Assembly: GCA_963744545.1 (NCBI GenBank)
Contig: CAVUUH010000027.1
Span: 297,028 to 361,027 of the forward strand
From: an uncultured delta proteobacterium
GTDB lineage: Bacteria; Desulfobacterota; Binatia; Binatales; Binataceae
DNA: 64,000 bases
Reading direction: 5' to 3'
Positions 1 through 8,925 of the stretch are shown here, in pieces (the first letter of the stretch is position 1; each line of letters begins with the position of its first letter). A program made the position numbers and the translations under genes. The notes under the pieces are model-generated. The model did no database searches, was not told the origin of the DNA, and saw only the letters and a list, made by a program, of their open reading frames with translations.

Positions 1-479
1 GCAAAAATTGCGCGCTCTTCGGCCGTCATCTTTTCGCGGATGCGCGAGCCTTTGCCGACATGACGGTACTCGCCGCCTTCCGAGAAATATTCCTCATAAG
101 GTTGCGCCGGGATCGGATCCGCCGGAGGAGTGTCGGTGATTTTCACGTCGAGCACCTGCTCGACCAGGCTCGAGTCGTACATCCTGACGGCGTCGTAGTC
201 CGTCAGCAGCGCGCATACTTCGACGCAAATGTAGCATCCGATGCATTCCTGAAAGCGGTCCTGCACCGGCTGCACGCCGCGGCCCGGAACCGAACCGGGC
301 GACAAATATTCGATGCATTGCACCGGGCAGAACTCCGGACATTTGCCGCACGGGAAGCACAGATTCACGTCCATGAACGCGACTTCGCGCGGACGCTTTT
401 TCTTTTGTCCAACTTCTTCGGGCGTTTCCGGGATACGGTCTTCCTTGAGACGACGCTTGATGATGTCGATTGCGCTCAT
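1..479 (-). CDS. 2x[4Fe-4S] dicluster ferredoxin-like protein (3' end runs off window)
   Basis: Not in the ORF track. Manual translation from ATG at 479 gives MSAIDIIKRR...CFPCGKCPEFCP...CIGCYICVEVC, two CxxCxxCxxxC motifs. Confidence 0.85.
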   Translation of the reverse strand, partial: MSAIDIIKRRLKEDRIPETPEEVGQKKKRPREVAFMDVNLCFPCGKCPEFCPVQCIEYLSPGSVPGRGVQPVQDRFQECIGCYICVEVCALLTDYDAVRMYDSSLVEQVLDVKITDTPPADPIPAQPYEEYFSEGGEYRHVGKGSRIREKMTAEERAIF

Positions 480-683
480 ACTTCTATTGTCACGCTTATT
501 TGCCGCGGGCGGTCAAGCGCCCGACTCAATTGAGTCGTGGCTGAACTGACAGCACCAAATCCCGGGTTAATGCCTTGCCGCAAGACTGCGTTTCGTCTAG
601 AAGGCGGTTGAACTCCCAGAGTAAAACTCTTTCTGGAACAGGCCATCGGGTTACTTCGCGGTCGCGCACCGGGGGAAGAATCA

Positions 684-1442
684 ATGCAGACACGAATCGT
701 TCAGATGGTGGCGGCGATAGCCGCAGTTGCAATTGCTCTCATAGTGGCTCGAACCGAGGCGTTCGCGTCGGGCAACGAGTCATGCTCGACGACCAGCACG
801 AACGTCACATCTGGTCCGAGCTCCAACGGTGCTGAGGCCACTTGCGATGCTGAAGTCGGCCCATCCAACAAGGCGAAGGCCCAGGCCTCGGGAAAGGATG
901 CCGATGCGACATCAGATGCCTCAAACGGCAGCGATGCTACGGCAACCGCGAAGGGAACGGACGCCGACGCGACTGCCGAGGCAGACAGCGGCAGCGATGC
1001 TAAAGCAACCGCGAAGGGAGCCGACGCCGATGCGACATCGGAGGCGGTAGGCCCCAGCGGCAGCGAGGCCATCAGCTCCGCGTCGGGAGAGGACTCCGAT
1101 GCGACTGCCGCGGCCGGCGGCGGGAGCGAGGCTAAAGCAACCGCGAAGGGAAAGGACGCCGATGCAACATCCTCGGCGGGAGGCGGCTCCCAGGCCGTCA
1201 GCTCCGCGAAGGGCGAGGACGCCTACGCGACTGCCGTGGCGGATAACGGCAGCAACGCTAAGGCAACCGCGTCGGGCACCGGCAGCGAGGCGGAAGCGTC
1301 TGCTGAGGAGACCGGGAGCAGCGTAACCGCATTCGCGACCAAGGGTTCCACAGCCATCGGCAGTGACACCGCACCGCCAACTTGTACGCCAAAGAACGGC
1401 GGCAAGGCTAAAGTCACCAGCCCGATGGGAAACTGCGGCTGA
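684..1442 (+). CDS. Secreted Ala/Thr/Ser/Gly/Asp-rich repeat protein, predicted beta-solenoid
   Basis: Signal peptide ending AFA; ~21-aa repeats (AKATAKGxDA-DATAxAxxGSx); Cys pairs at both ends; purine-rich RBS upstream. Confidence 0.8.
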   Translation: MQTRIVQMVAAIAAVAIALIVARTEAFASGNESCSTTSTNVTSGPSSNGAEATCDAEVGPSNKAKAQASGKDADATSDASNGSDATATAKGTDADATAEADSGSDAKATAKGADADATSEAVGPSGSEAISSASGEDSDATAAAGGGSEAKATAKGKDADATSSAGGGSQAVSSAKGEDAYATAVADNGSNAKATASGTGSEAEASAEETGSSVTAFATKGSTAIGSDTAPPTCTPKNGGKAKVTSPMGNCG

Positions 1443-1505
1443 CGACCGAAGGAATTATTACAACCAGGCGCCTGACCCGAACTAAGCCAGCACCCGGAGC
1501 TGCTG

Positions 1506-3131
1506 CTACCTGACAGCGAAGATGCGGCCGGTTGAGGTTCCGACGTATAGCATTCCCGACGGCGACGATGCGGCCGTGGTGATTTTGCCGAAGCTGCGCG
1601 CGGTCCACACGTAGCTGCCGTCACCCGCTATCACGGCGCCCATGTCGTCCGCTGCTGCCTCGAAGATACCGTCGTAACCAAGCCCGATAAGCCCAGCCTC
1701 GCCCGGTTTCAGCGAGGAGTCCGTCCAACGGACCTGGCCGTCGGCGGTGACGCCGTAAGTCGTGCCTGCCCCGGCGAAGATTGCGCCCGACGGAGCGACA
1801 ACCGGTCCTGCGGTTACTGCGCGGGCGGAATTGACGTGCCAGATGGGACTGCCGGTTCGCAAATCGATCGCATACACACCGCCGCTGGCCGATCCGGCGT
1901 AAACTACGTCGTCGGAGTAGGCGACCGATCCTGAAAATCCGCCGTCCGGCTGGAACGTCCATGTCACCGCGCCGTCCGATGCGAGCGCCGTGACTGCGCC
2001 GCGCGAGGTTCCCACCACGACTCCGTCTGGTGTCGCCGCGGCGCTGGTCACCGGTCCTACATTCACGCGCCAGTTGAGAGTGCCAGTGGAGCTGACGGAC
2101 ACGAGGTCGGCGCCGGTGGACGCGTAAATCGTATGATCGGTAACCGCGAGCGGTCCCGCGCTCTTCCCGATTTCAAGATTCCACAGCGCCGCCCCGTCGG
2201 GACCTATCGCCGCAATCGCCGACCCTGACTCCATCGCGACCACGGTCCCGTCGGGCAACGCTGCCGGCGACGAGCCGGCCGCATCGCGATGCATGATTTC
2301 CTTGCCCGTGGAATCCAGCCCATGCAACACGCCGTCGCGCGTGACGAAGAATATCGAGCCGTCAGTGCCCACCGCGATTCGTCCGCGCAATTCGGCGCCC
2401 GGATCGAAGGTCCACATCAGGACACCCGCACTGCGAGTCGATACTGCCGGCGTGCTCGACGCCGCCGGCTTCTCGCCGGGCGCCGGCGACGACGTCGCGG
2501 TGGCAGTCGGAGTCGGTGGCAGTGGTGCGCACAGCGGGCAGCTATCGACGTCCACGTAAACGCCGATCCCGACGAATTGACTACTGATTCCGCCACTGCT
2601 CGCAAGTATGCAGGCGCATCCCGCCAGGTTGGTCGTATAAACGCCGCCCATCGAGCCGGAGAGAGGCGCTTGCAGCGCAGCATTGTTCGAGGAGGTCCAA
2701 AGAGTGAACGGCCCCGCTGTGATATCGATAAACTTGGTTCTAGGTGGCTTTATGAACGTGCCGATTGCATTGAACGCGACCGTCCCACCCGTCGGCACAC
2801 TGCCCGGCTCTATAGTCGTACTGGTCGCCGCAGGCCGCGGCGTCAACGTGGGCGTCGGCACTTTTGGGGTGCTGGTGACCGTCGGTTTCACCGTGTGCGT
2901 TGGCGTAGCAGATGTCGAGACGCTCGCAGTGGCGGTTGGCGTCGGGCTGAATGTTGGCGTGGTCGGAGGACCGTTCGCGATCGTGATCGACTCCAGCGCA
3001 AAGCCGGGTGACTTGGTCGGTAGAGGGCCCCCGCCGCTACTGCCGCCGCTGCAACTCAGAAGAATCGCTCCGAAAACGAACAACACAACCGGCGTAACCA
3101 CCAGCCATCTGAGCCACCGCGACAACATCAA
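1506..3131 (-). CDS. Putative lipoprotein with Ig-like (Big_2-like) domain and PQQ-like beta-propeller
   Basis: Lipobox-like ILLSC followed by a GS linker; P/T-rich linkers; WTSSN Ig-like motif; repeated (L/V)xALxxDGxxxW propeller blades. Confidence 0.8.
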   Translation of the reverse strand: MMLSRWLRWLVVTPVVLFVFGAILLSCSGGSSGGGPLPTKSPGFALESITIANGPPTTPTFSPTPTATASVSTSATPTHTVKPTVTSTPKVPTPTLTPRPAATSTTIEPGSVPTGGTVAFNAIGTFIKPPRTKFIDITAGPFTLWTSSNNAALQAPLSGSMGGVYTTNLAGCACILASSGGISSQFVGIGVYVDVDSCPLCAPLPPTPTATATSSPAPGEKPAASSTPAVSTRSAGVLMWTFDPGAELRGRIAVGTDGSIFFVTRDGVLHGLDSTGKEIMHRDAAGSSPAALPDGTVVAMESGSAIAAIGPDGAALWNLEIGKSAGPLAVTDHTIYASTGADLVSVSSTGTLNWRVNVGPVTSAAATPDGVVVGTSRGAVTALASDGAVTWTFQPDGGFSGSVAYSDDVVYAGSASGGVYAIDLRTGSPIWHVNSARAVTAGPVVAPSGAIFAGAGTTYGVTADGQVRWTDSSLKPGEAGLIGLGYDGIFEAAADDMGAVIAGDGSYVWTARSFGKITTAASSPSGMLYVGTSTGRIFAVR

Positions 3132-3314
3132 GCCAACACCTATGACTGATGCCGCCGAGCGGTGTCAAGTTGATGCGCGATTTCGACCTCTCACAAGCGC
3201 TGACGAAAGGCTAGCTACAAGTCACTGAACCGAGATTTCGTGGAACTTCGCGGTGAACGATGTCATCAGCCAAGAACGCTGTATCACCAAAACAGGTTGC
3301 AAGATTCTAAAGAC

Positions 3315-3460
3315 AAAAAAATGGCGGGCATCTGAAGAGGGGGGGGACTCTCCAATGCCCGCCTGTTCGTAGCGGCCGTCCGCGTACGCTGCGGACGGTA
3401 ACCGGTTGATTGGGAGGAACAAACCAACCGGCCAGGTGCCAGAGCCGTTCGCACCTATGT
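3315..3460 (-). ncRNA. Candidate small RNA with four hairpins, C-rich loops and intrinsic terminator
   Basis: Minus strand: stems AGGTGC/GCACCT, CCGGTTGGTT/AATCAACCGG (loop TGTTCCTCCC), CCGTCCGC/GCGGACGG and GGCGGGCAT/ATGCCCGCC followed by A and T7. Confidence 0.5.
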
Positions 3461-3464
3461 TTAG

Positions 3465-3490
3465 AGACGATGCATTTCAGTGATTATTCA
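3465..3490 (-). promoter_or_regulatory. Possible ECF-sigma promoter of the candidate sRNA
   Basis: TGAAT-N16-CGTCT on the minus strand immediately upstream of the first hairpin. Confidence 0.3.
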
Positions 3491-3561
3491 AACTCGAAAA
3501 ATTTTTTATTTGCACCCGGCGCCGGTCGTAATAGACTCTGCCATGGAGGCTCGAAAAAGCG

Positions 3562-4569
3562 ATGGAATATAAGCGATTAGGTGGCACCGGACTGAAAGTT
3601 TCGGAACTTTGTCTTGGATGCATGACGTTTGGGCGAGAAACAGACGAAAGAACTGCAGGAAAAATTCTCGACAGATTCATTGAAGTTGGCGGAAATTTTC
3701 TCGATACCGCGAATGTTTACGCAGCGGGCGCGTCGGAAGAAATTCTCGGGCGAATTCTCGGCGAGCGACGAAAAGATTTAATTGTCGCCACAAAAGTTCG
3801 CTTCAATGCGAATATTTTCATGGGCAAGACAGTCGCGCCGAATCAAATCGGCCTCTCACGCGGGCATATCATGTCGGAAGTCGAGGCAAGTCTGCGGCGC
3901 CTGAAGATGGATTACATCGATCTTTACCAGGTGCATTCATGGGATTTCGAAACGCCGATTGATGAGACCATGCGCGCGCTCGACGACCTCGTGCGTCACG
4001 GCAAAGTCAGATACATCGGCGCATCTAATTTTACCGCGTGGCAACTGATGAAAAGTCTGTGGGTCAGCGATAAACACGACTTTGCGCGTTTTGATTGTTT
4101 GCAGCCGCAATACAGTTTGATTTCTCGCGAGATCGAGCGCGAGATTTTGCCGCTATGCCGCTATGAAGGCGTCGGCGTAATTCCATGGAGTCCGCTCGGC
4201 GGTGGATTTCTGACCGGCAAGTACCGTTCAGGTCAGCGGCCGCCTGAGGACAGCCGGCTGGCCAAGATAGATATGTGGAATCGGCTCGCAGACGAGCGCA
4301 ATTACTCGACGCTCGAAGCGGTCGAGCACGTCGCCAAGGAACGCGGCCGTCCAATCTCGCAAGTCGCACTGGCGTGGGTGAATCAGCAGCCCGGTGTCAG
4401 CTCGGTAATTTACGGCGCGCGAACCGAAGAGCAGAACGAGCAGAATCTGGGAGCAATCGGCTTTCGTCTCGAGGCCGCGGAGCTGGCGGCTCTAAATAAG
4501 GCGAGCGCATTGCCCGCCGAGTACCCCGACGCGATGCAGGCGCGCCTGCCGGGTTATCCACGTCAGTAA
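3562..4569 (+). CDS. Aldo/keto reductase
   Basis: LGGTGLKVSELCLGCMTFG, DTANVY, DYIDLYQVH, IGASNF, PWSPLGGGFLTGKY motifs. Confidence 0.95.
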   Translation: MEYKRLGGTGLKVSELCLGCMTFGRETDERTAGKILDRFIEVGGNFLDTANVYAAGASEEILGRILGERRKDLIVATKVRFNANIFMGKTVAPNQIGLSRGHIMSEVEASLRRLKMDYIDLYQVHSWDFETPIDETMRALDDLVRHGKVRYIGASNFTAWQLMKSLWVSDKHDFARFDCLQPQYSLISREIEREILPLCRYEGVGVIPWSPLGGGFLTGKYRSGQRPPEDSRLAKIDMWNRLADERNYSTLEAVEHVAKERGRPISQVALAWVNQQPGVSSVIYGARTEEQNEQNLGAIGFRLEAAELAALNKASALPAEYPDAMQARLPGYPRQ

Positions 4570-4582
4570 GACAAAATGAAGA

Positions 4583-4616
4583 CGAGGCGCGTCTTCTCGG
4601 ACGCGCCTCGTTTTTT
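4583..4616 (+). terminator. Rho-independent terminator
   Basis: CGAGGCGCGTC-ttctcg-GACGCGCCTCG followed by TTTTTT just after the AKR stop. Confidence 0.85.
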
Positions 4617-4633
4617 AAAGTATATCCTGACTT

Positions 4634-4689
4634 AGTAGGACGGAATTTATTCCGTCGTTCTCGGCCGACGGAATAAATTCCGTCCTACT
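4634..4689. repeat. GTAG-type REP doublet (REPIN-like)
   Basis: AGTAGGACGGAATTTATTCCGTCG-ttctcggc-CGACGGAATAAATTCCGTCCTACT; each arm is GTAG plus an internal palindrome. Confidence 0.75.
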
Positions 4690-4695
4690 TCAGAA

Positions 4696-5544
4696 TCAGC
4701 CCTCGAAGGACGGGCCGATGAAGCTGCGAGGAGGCATCGCCTGCGCCGCTGCGGAGCGCTGACCGTCTGGCGGCGAGAACTGACTGCCGACAGTCAGGCC
4801 GCCATCAACAATCATCGCCTGCCCAGTGACGAATTCCGAATCGTCGCTGGCGAGGTAGAGCGCCATCCCCGCGATATCGTCCGGATGTCCCGCGCGCGGG
4901 ATCGGCTGGCCCTTCGCCATCCATTGTTCCATCGCTTCTTTCACGCCCGGCTGATTGCGATGCAGAATCGGCGTGTTGATTCCGCCGGGACAGATGCAGT
5001 TGACGCGGATCTTATCCTTGGCGAATTCCAGTGATGCCGAACGCGTCAGGTTGACGACGCCGGCCTTCGCCGCGCAATACGCATGCAAGCCGTTGAAGCC
5101 GCGGATGCCCGCGACCGACGCCGTCGAGATGATCGAGCCGCCGCCCACTTTGCGCATCTCGGGCGCCGCATGCTTCATCCCGAGGAACACGCCGCGCAGC
5201 AGCACCGCCTGGCTCTTGTCCCAGTCTTCGACCGAGATTTGTTCGAGCGGTCCGACTGCGCCGCCGATTCCCGCGTTGTTATAAATGATGTCGAGGCGCC
5301 CGAACTCCGAAATTGCGCGCGCGATCAGCGCCTTGATTTCCGCTTCGGCGGAGACGTCGGCTTTCTGGAAGACCGCGCGCCCCGCGTTTTCCTTGCAATC
5401 GCGCACCGCCGCCTCGCCGCCTTCAACGTTAAGGTCCGCGATGACGACCGCCGCACTTTCTCCCGCGAACTTGATCGCAGTCGCGCGCCCGATTCCACTC
5501 GCCGCGCCGGTGATTACAGCCACTTTGCCCTTGAGCCTGTCCAT
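4696..5544 (-). CDS. SDR family oxidoreductase
   Basis: TGAASGIG, NNAG, YCAAK, NCICPG. Confidence 0.95.
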   Translation of the reverse strand: MDRLKGKVAVITGAASGIGRATAIKFAGESAAVVIADLNVEGGEAAVRDCKENAGRAVFQKADVSAEAEIKALIARAISEFGRLDIIYNNAGIGGAVGPLEQISVEDWDKSQAVLLRGVFLGMKHAAPEMRKVGGGSIISTASVAGIRGFNGLHAYCAAKAGVVNLTRSASLEFAKDKIRVNCICPGGINTPILHRNQPGVKEAMEQWMAKGQPIPRAGHPDDIAGMALYLASDDSEFVTGQAMIVDGGLTVGSQFSPPDGQRSAAAQAMPPRSFIGPSFEG

Positions 5545-5641
5545 TTCAGATTTTCCTTTGCCTTAAAATTTACGATGGCGCGCACGCGCGTGATCCGTGT
5601 CGTTCGTAGTATCAGACCGTGCTTTGAAGATGGTAACTCGA

Positions 5642-6466
5642 CTACATCTCAAACGACGGACCCGAGAAGCCGCTGTCAGGCAGTCCCGCCAGACGGAAGC
5701 GCGCGTTGCCAGTGTTGATTCCTCCGTCGACCACCATCGCGGTGCCGCTGATCCACTCCGCTTCATCGCTGGCGAGGAACAGCGCCATCGCCGCGATGTC
5801 CTCAGGCTTGCCCGCGCGCGGTATCGGCTGCATTCTCGACATCGACTTCTCGGATCTTTCCTCAGCGCCGGGACGCCCGCGATGTATCAGCGGAGTGTTG
5901 ACGCCGCCGGGGCAGATGCAGTTGACGCGAATCTTGTCGTGCCCGACCTCGATCGCGACGGCCTGGGTAAGGTTCACGACCGCCGCCTTGGCCGCACTAT
6001 ATGCGGAGAGATAGCCGACGCCGCGCAAACCCGCGACCGACGCGGTCGAGATGATCGATCCGCCGCCCGACTTGCGCATCTCGGGGATCGAATATTTCAT
6101 GCCGAGAAATGCCGCGCGCAGCAGTACGGCGATCGTTTTGTCGAAGTCTGCCGATGCCACGTTCTCGATTGGCCCGACCGCGCCCGCGACACCCGCGTTG
6201 TTGAACATGATGTCGAGCCGCCCGAATTCCTTGACCGCGCGTGCGACCGCGGCCTTGATGTCCGGCTCGCTGGTCACGTCAGTGCGCTGAAACACCGCGC
6301 GTCCGCCCGCCGCCGCGCATTCTGCTACCGCGGTTTCGCCGCCTTGCGCATTTAAGTCGGTCAGCACGACGCTGGCGCCTTCCTTGGCGAAGCGAAGCGC
6401 CGTCGCGCGGCCCATCCCGCTCGCGGCCCCGGTGATCACTGCAACCTTTCCATCGATTCTGCCCAT
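5642..6466 (-). CDS. SDR family oxidoreductase (tandem paralog)
   Basis: TGAASGMG, NNAG, YSAAK. Start moved to ATG 6466 (AGGAG 7 nt upstream); the track extension to 6700 overlaps uvrC. Confidence 0.93.
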   Translation of the reverse strand: MGRIDGKVAVITGAASGMGRATALRFAKEGASVVLTDLNAQGGETAVAECAAAGGRAVFQRTDVTSEPDIKAAVARAVKEFGRLDIMFNNAGVAGAVGPIENVASADFDKTIAVLLRAAFLGMKYSIPEMRKSGGGSIISTASVAGLRGVGYLSAYSAAKAAVVNLTQAVAIEVGHDKIRVNCICPGGVNTPLIHRGRPGAEERSEKSMSRMQPIPRAGKPEDIAAMALFLASDEAEWISGTAMVVDGGINTGNARFRLAGLPDSGFSGPSFEM

Positions 6467-6607
6467 TGCCATTCTCCTGCGCGCATCCGGTCGCGCGGTA
6501 TTTGAGTGTGATTCGTAAAATCTCAATAGCAATGATTCAGCCGTGCCGGGTAGCGCGCCGATAGGCGATCGGCGGACAGCCAATCGACGCGGCGCGATGA
6601 TATAATA

Positions 6608-8731
6608 GTGCCCGCAATGTTCCCCGAAGACGAAAAGGAAGAGCGCGACGCCAACGACGCTCCGCCTGAGCCCGATTCGCAGACGCAGACCGGTCCGCAA
6701 TACAGCTCACTGGTTGAATATCCCAAGGATGCGCCCACGAAGAGCGGCGAGGCGCTGGTTCTCGAGGACGAATCGGCCTCCATCGATCAGAAGTTGGCGG
6801 CCACTTCGACCGAGCCCGGCATCTACCTGCTGCGCGATCGCGCCGGCAAGGTGCTCTACGTCGGCAAGGCGAAGTCGCTGCGCACTCGCGTACGCGCTTA
6901 TTTTCGCGAGGGCGGCGACGGGCGCTTCCAGGTGCGCTTCCTGATGAAGCGGGTGCGCGACTTCGACACCATCGTCACCGCGAGCGAGAAGGAAGCGCTG
7001 ATCCTCGAGAACAACCTGATCAAGCAGTACAAGCCCCGGTACAACATCCGCCTGAAAGACGATAAATCCTACTTGAGCGCGAAGATGACCAATCACGCGT
7101 GGCCGCGCATCACCGTCACCCGCAAGATCGTCAAGGACGGCGGCCGCTACTTCGGCCCGTTCGGCTCGGCCGACGGACTGCGCGAGACTATCGACGTAAT
7201 CCGCAAAGTGTTTCCGCTGCGCACCTGTACCGACGCGGTTTTCCGCAATCGCTCGCGGCCCTGCCTCGAATATCAAATCAAGCGATGCCTCGGGCCGTGC
7301 TGCCTGCCTGTAGATCGCGAAGAATACGGGCGCCATCTGCACGCGGCGCAGATGCTGCTGGAAGGGAAAAATCTCGAACTGCTCCGCGAGATGCGCGATC
7401 AAATGAAGGATCATGCGTCGCGGCTCGAATTCGAGGACGCTGCGCGAATGCGCGACCGCGTGAAGGCGATCGAGAAAACCGTCGAGCGCCAGACCGTTCT
7501 GCATCACTGGGGAATCGACGAGGATGTGTTCGGAATCTACCGCGAAGGCGGATACATCGAAGCGATCGTGCTGATTGTGCGCGGCGGCAAGCTCACCAGC
7601 ACGCAGGGATGGAGCTTCCAGGATCTGGAATTTCCAGTGCACGAAATTCTTTCGGATCTGCTCACGCAGTATTACTCGGGCGCGCGCAATATTCCCGACG
7701 AAGTGATCTTGCCGGTTGAGCTCGAAGACGCAGACGTGCGCGCGGAGCTGCTTTCAGAGCGTCGTGGAAAGAAGTGCGAAGTAATAGTGCCGCAGCGCGG
7801 CGAGAAGCTCCGCCTACTCGAAATGGCGATGGACAATGCGCGCCAGAGTTTTGCCTCGCGCCGCGATAACGAAAAAACCCGCGAGCAGATGCTCGAGGAT
7901 CTTCGCGTCAAGCTCGGTCTGCGCAACTCGCCCAAGCGGATGGAATGCTACGACATCTCGAATCTGCAAGGCTCGATGGTGGTGGGCTCGCAAGTCACCT
8001 TCGACGAAGGCGAGCCGTGCAAGAATCTCTACCGCCGCTACCGGATTCGCAGCTTCGAAGGGCAGGACGACTTCGCCAGCATGTACGAAGTCCTGAAGCG
8101 CAGGCTCGAGCGCGCAGCGCGTGAAAACGTGTACCCGGATTTGTGGGTGATCGACGGCGGCAAAGGACAACTGAATGTCGCGCTCGAAGTGCTACGCGAG
8201 TTCCGGCTGCTCGATCAGATCGATTGCGTGTCGCTGGCCAAGCAGCACGTGCTGAACGACCGGCGCGAAAAAGAAGTGACGAAATCCGAGGAGCGCGTCT
8301 TCGTTCCCCGGCGCAAGGATCCGATCGTGCTGCCGAAGAACTCGACCGCACTGTTCCTGCTCGTGAGGATTCGCGACGAGGCGCATCGATTTGCGATTAC
8401 TTACAACCGCGAACTGCGGCGTCGCGCACGACTGCGCTCGGTGCTCGACGATATCGAGGGCATTGGTCCGGTGCGTCGGCGCGCGTTGCTCCGTCATTTC
8501 GGCAGCCTCAAGCGGATTCGTGAGGCGACGGTCGATGGGATCGCGGAGGTCAAGGGACTCAACCGCGAACTTGCGGCTGAGATTCGCCGGCATCTCGACC
8601 AAATGACGGCACTGCTCGACGTTGACGAATCTGCCGACCCGGCTGAGCAACAGGCCCTCCCGCTCGAGCCGCCCGCACTTCCGGCCGAGGATACCGGCGC
8701 GCGAGTCAACGATTCGCCCGTGCGCGACTGA
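6608..8731 (+). CDS. uvrC: Excinuclease ABC subunit C
   Basis: GIY-YIG (PGIYL...LYVGKAKSLRTRV), PRYNIRLKDDKSY, ECYDISN, IDGGKGQL, RDEAHRFAI, HhH GIGPVRR. Confidence 0.97.
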   Translation: MPAMFPEDEKEERDANDAPPEPDSQTQTGPQYSSLVEYPKDAPTKSGEALVLEDESASIDQKLAATSTEPGIYLLRDRAGKVLYVGKAKSLRTRVRAYFREGGDGRFQVRFLMKRVRDFDTIVTASEKEALILENNLIKQYKPRYNIRLKDDKSYLSAKMTNHAWPRITVTRKIVKDGGRYFGPFGSADGLRETIDVIRKVFPLRTCTDAVFRNRSRPCLEYQIKRCLGPCCLPVDREEYGRHLHAAQMLLEGKNLELLREMRDQMKDHASRLEFEDAARMRDRVKAIEKTVERQTVLHHWGIDEDVFGIYREGGYIEAIVLIVRGGKLTSTQGWSFQDLEFPVHEILSDLLTQYYSGARNIPDEVILPVELEDADVRAELLSERRGKKCEVIVPQRGEKLRLLEMAMDNARQSFASRRDNEKTREQMLEDLRVKLGLRNSPKRMECYDISNLQGSMVVGSQVTFDEGEPCKNLYRRYRIRSFEGQDDFASMYEVLKRRLERAARENVYPDLWVIDGGKGQLNVALEVLREFRLLDQIDCVSLAKQHVLNDRREKEVTKSEERVFVPRRKDPIVLPKNSTALFLLVRIRDEAHRFAITYNRELRRRARLRSVLDDIEGIGPVRRRALLRHFGSLKRIREATVDGIAEVKGLNRELAAEIRRHLDQMTALLDVDESADPAEQQALPLEPPALPAEDTGARVNDSPVRD

Positions 8732-8925
8732 CGCAAAAGTTCTCCCGAGAACACATCTCTGGTCGCGCTATCTACTTGTCTTAGCGCATAATCTCCTAGT
8801 CAACATCGACTGCACGCCACCATCGAGGCGCAAAGGAGTGCGTACCTATCGCTGCGGGGGCGCTTTCCGTAAGAGGCTCGGTCTCGCGACCCGTCGCACT
8901 GGAAGCGACCAGGCGTCGCGAGATC

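Noticed and set aside
60-533. 157-aa plus-strand ORF
   Set aside because: Antisense shadow of the minus-strand ferredoxin, which has clear Cys motifs.
860-1310. ~63-bp tandem DNA repeats as a possible CRISPR array or VNTR
   Set aside because: They are degenerate in-frame coding repeats with no constant repeat and unique spacer pattern, and no cas genes are present.
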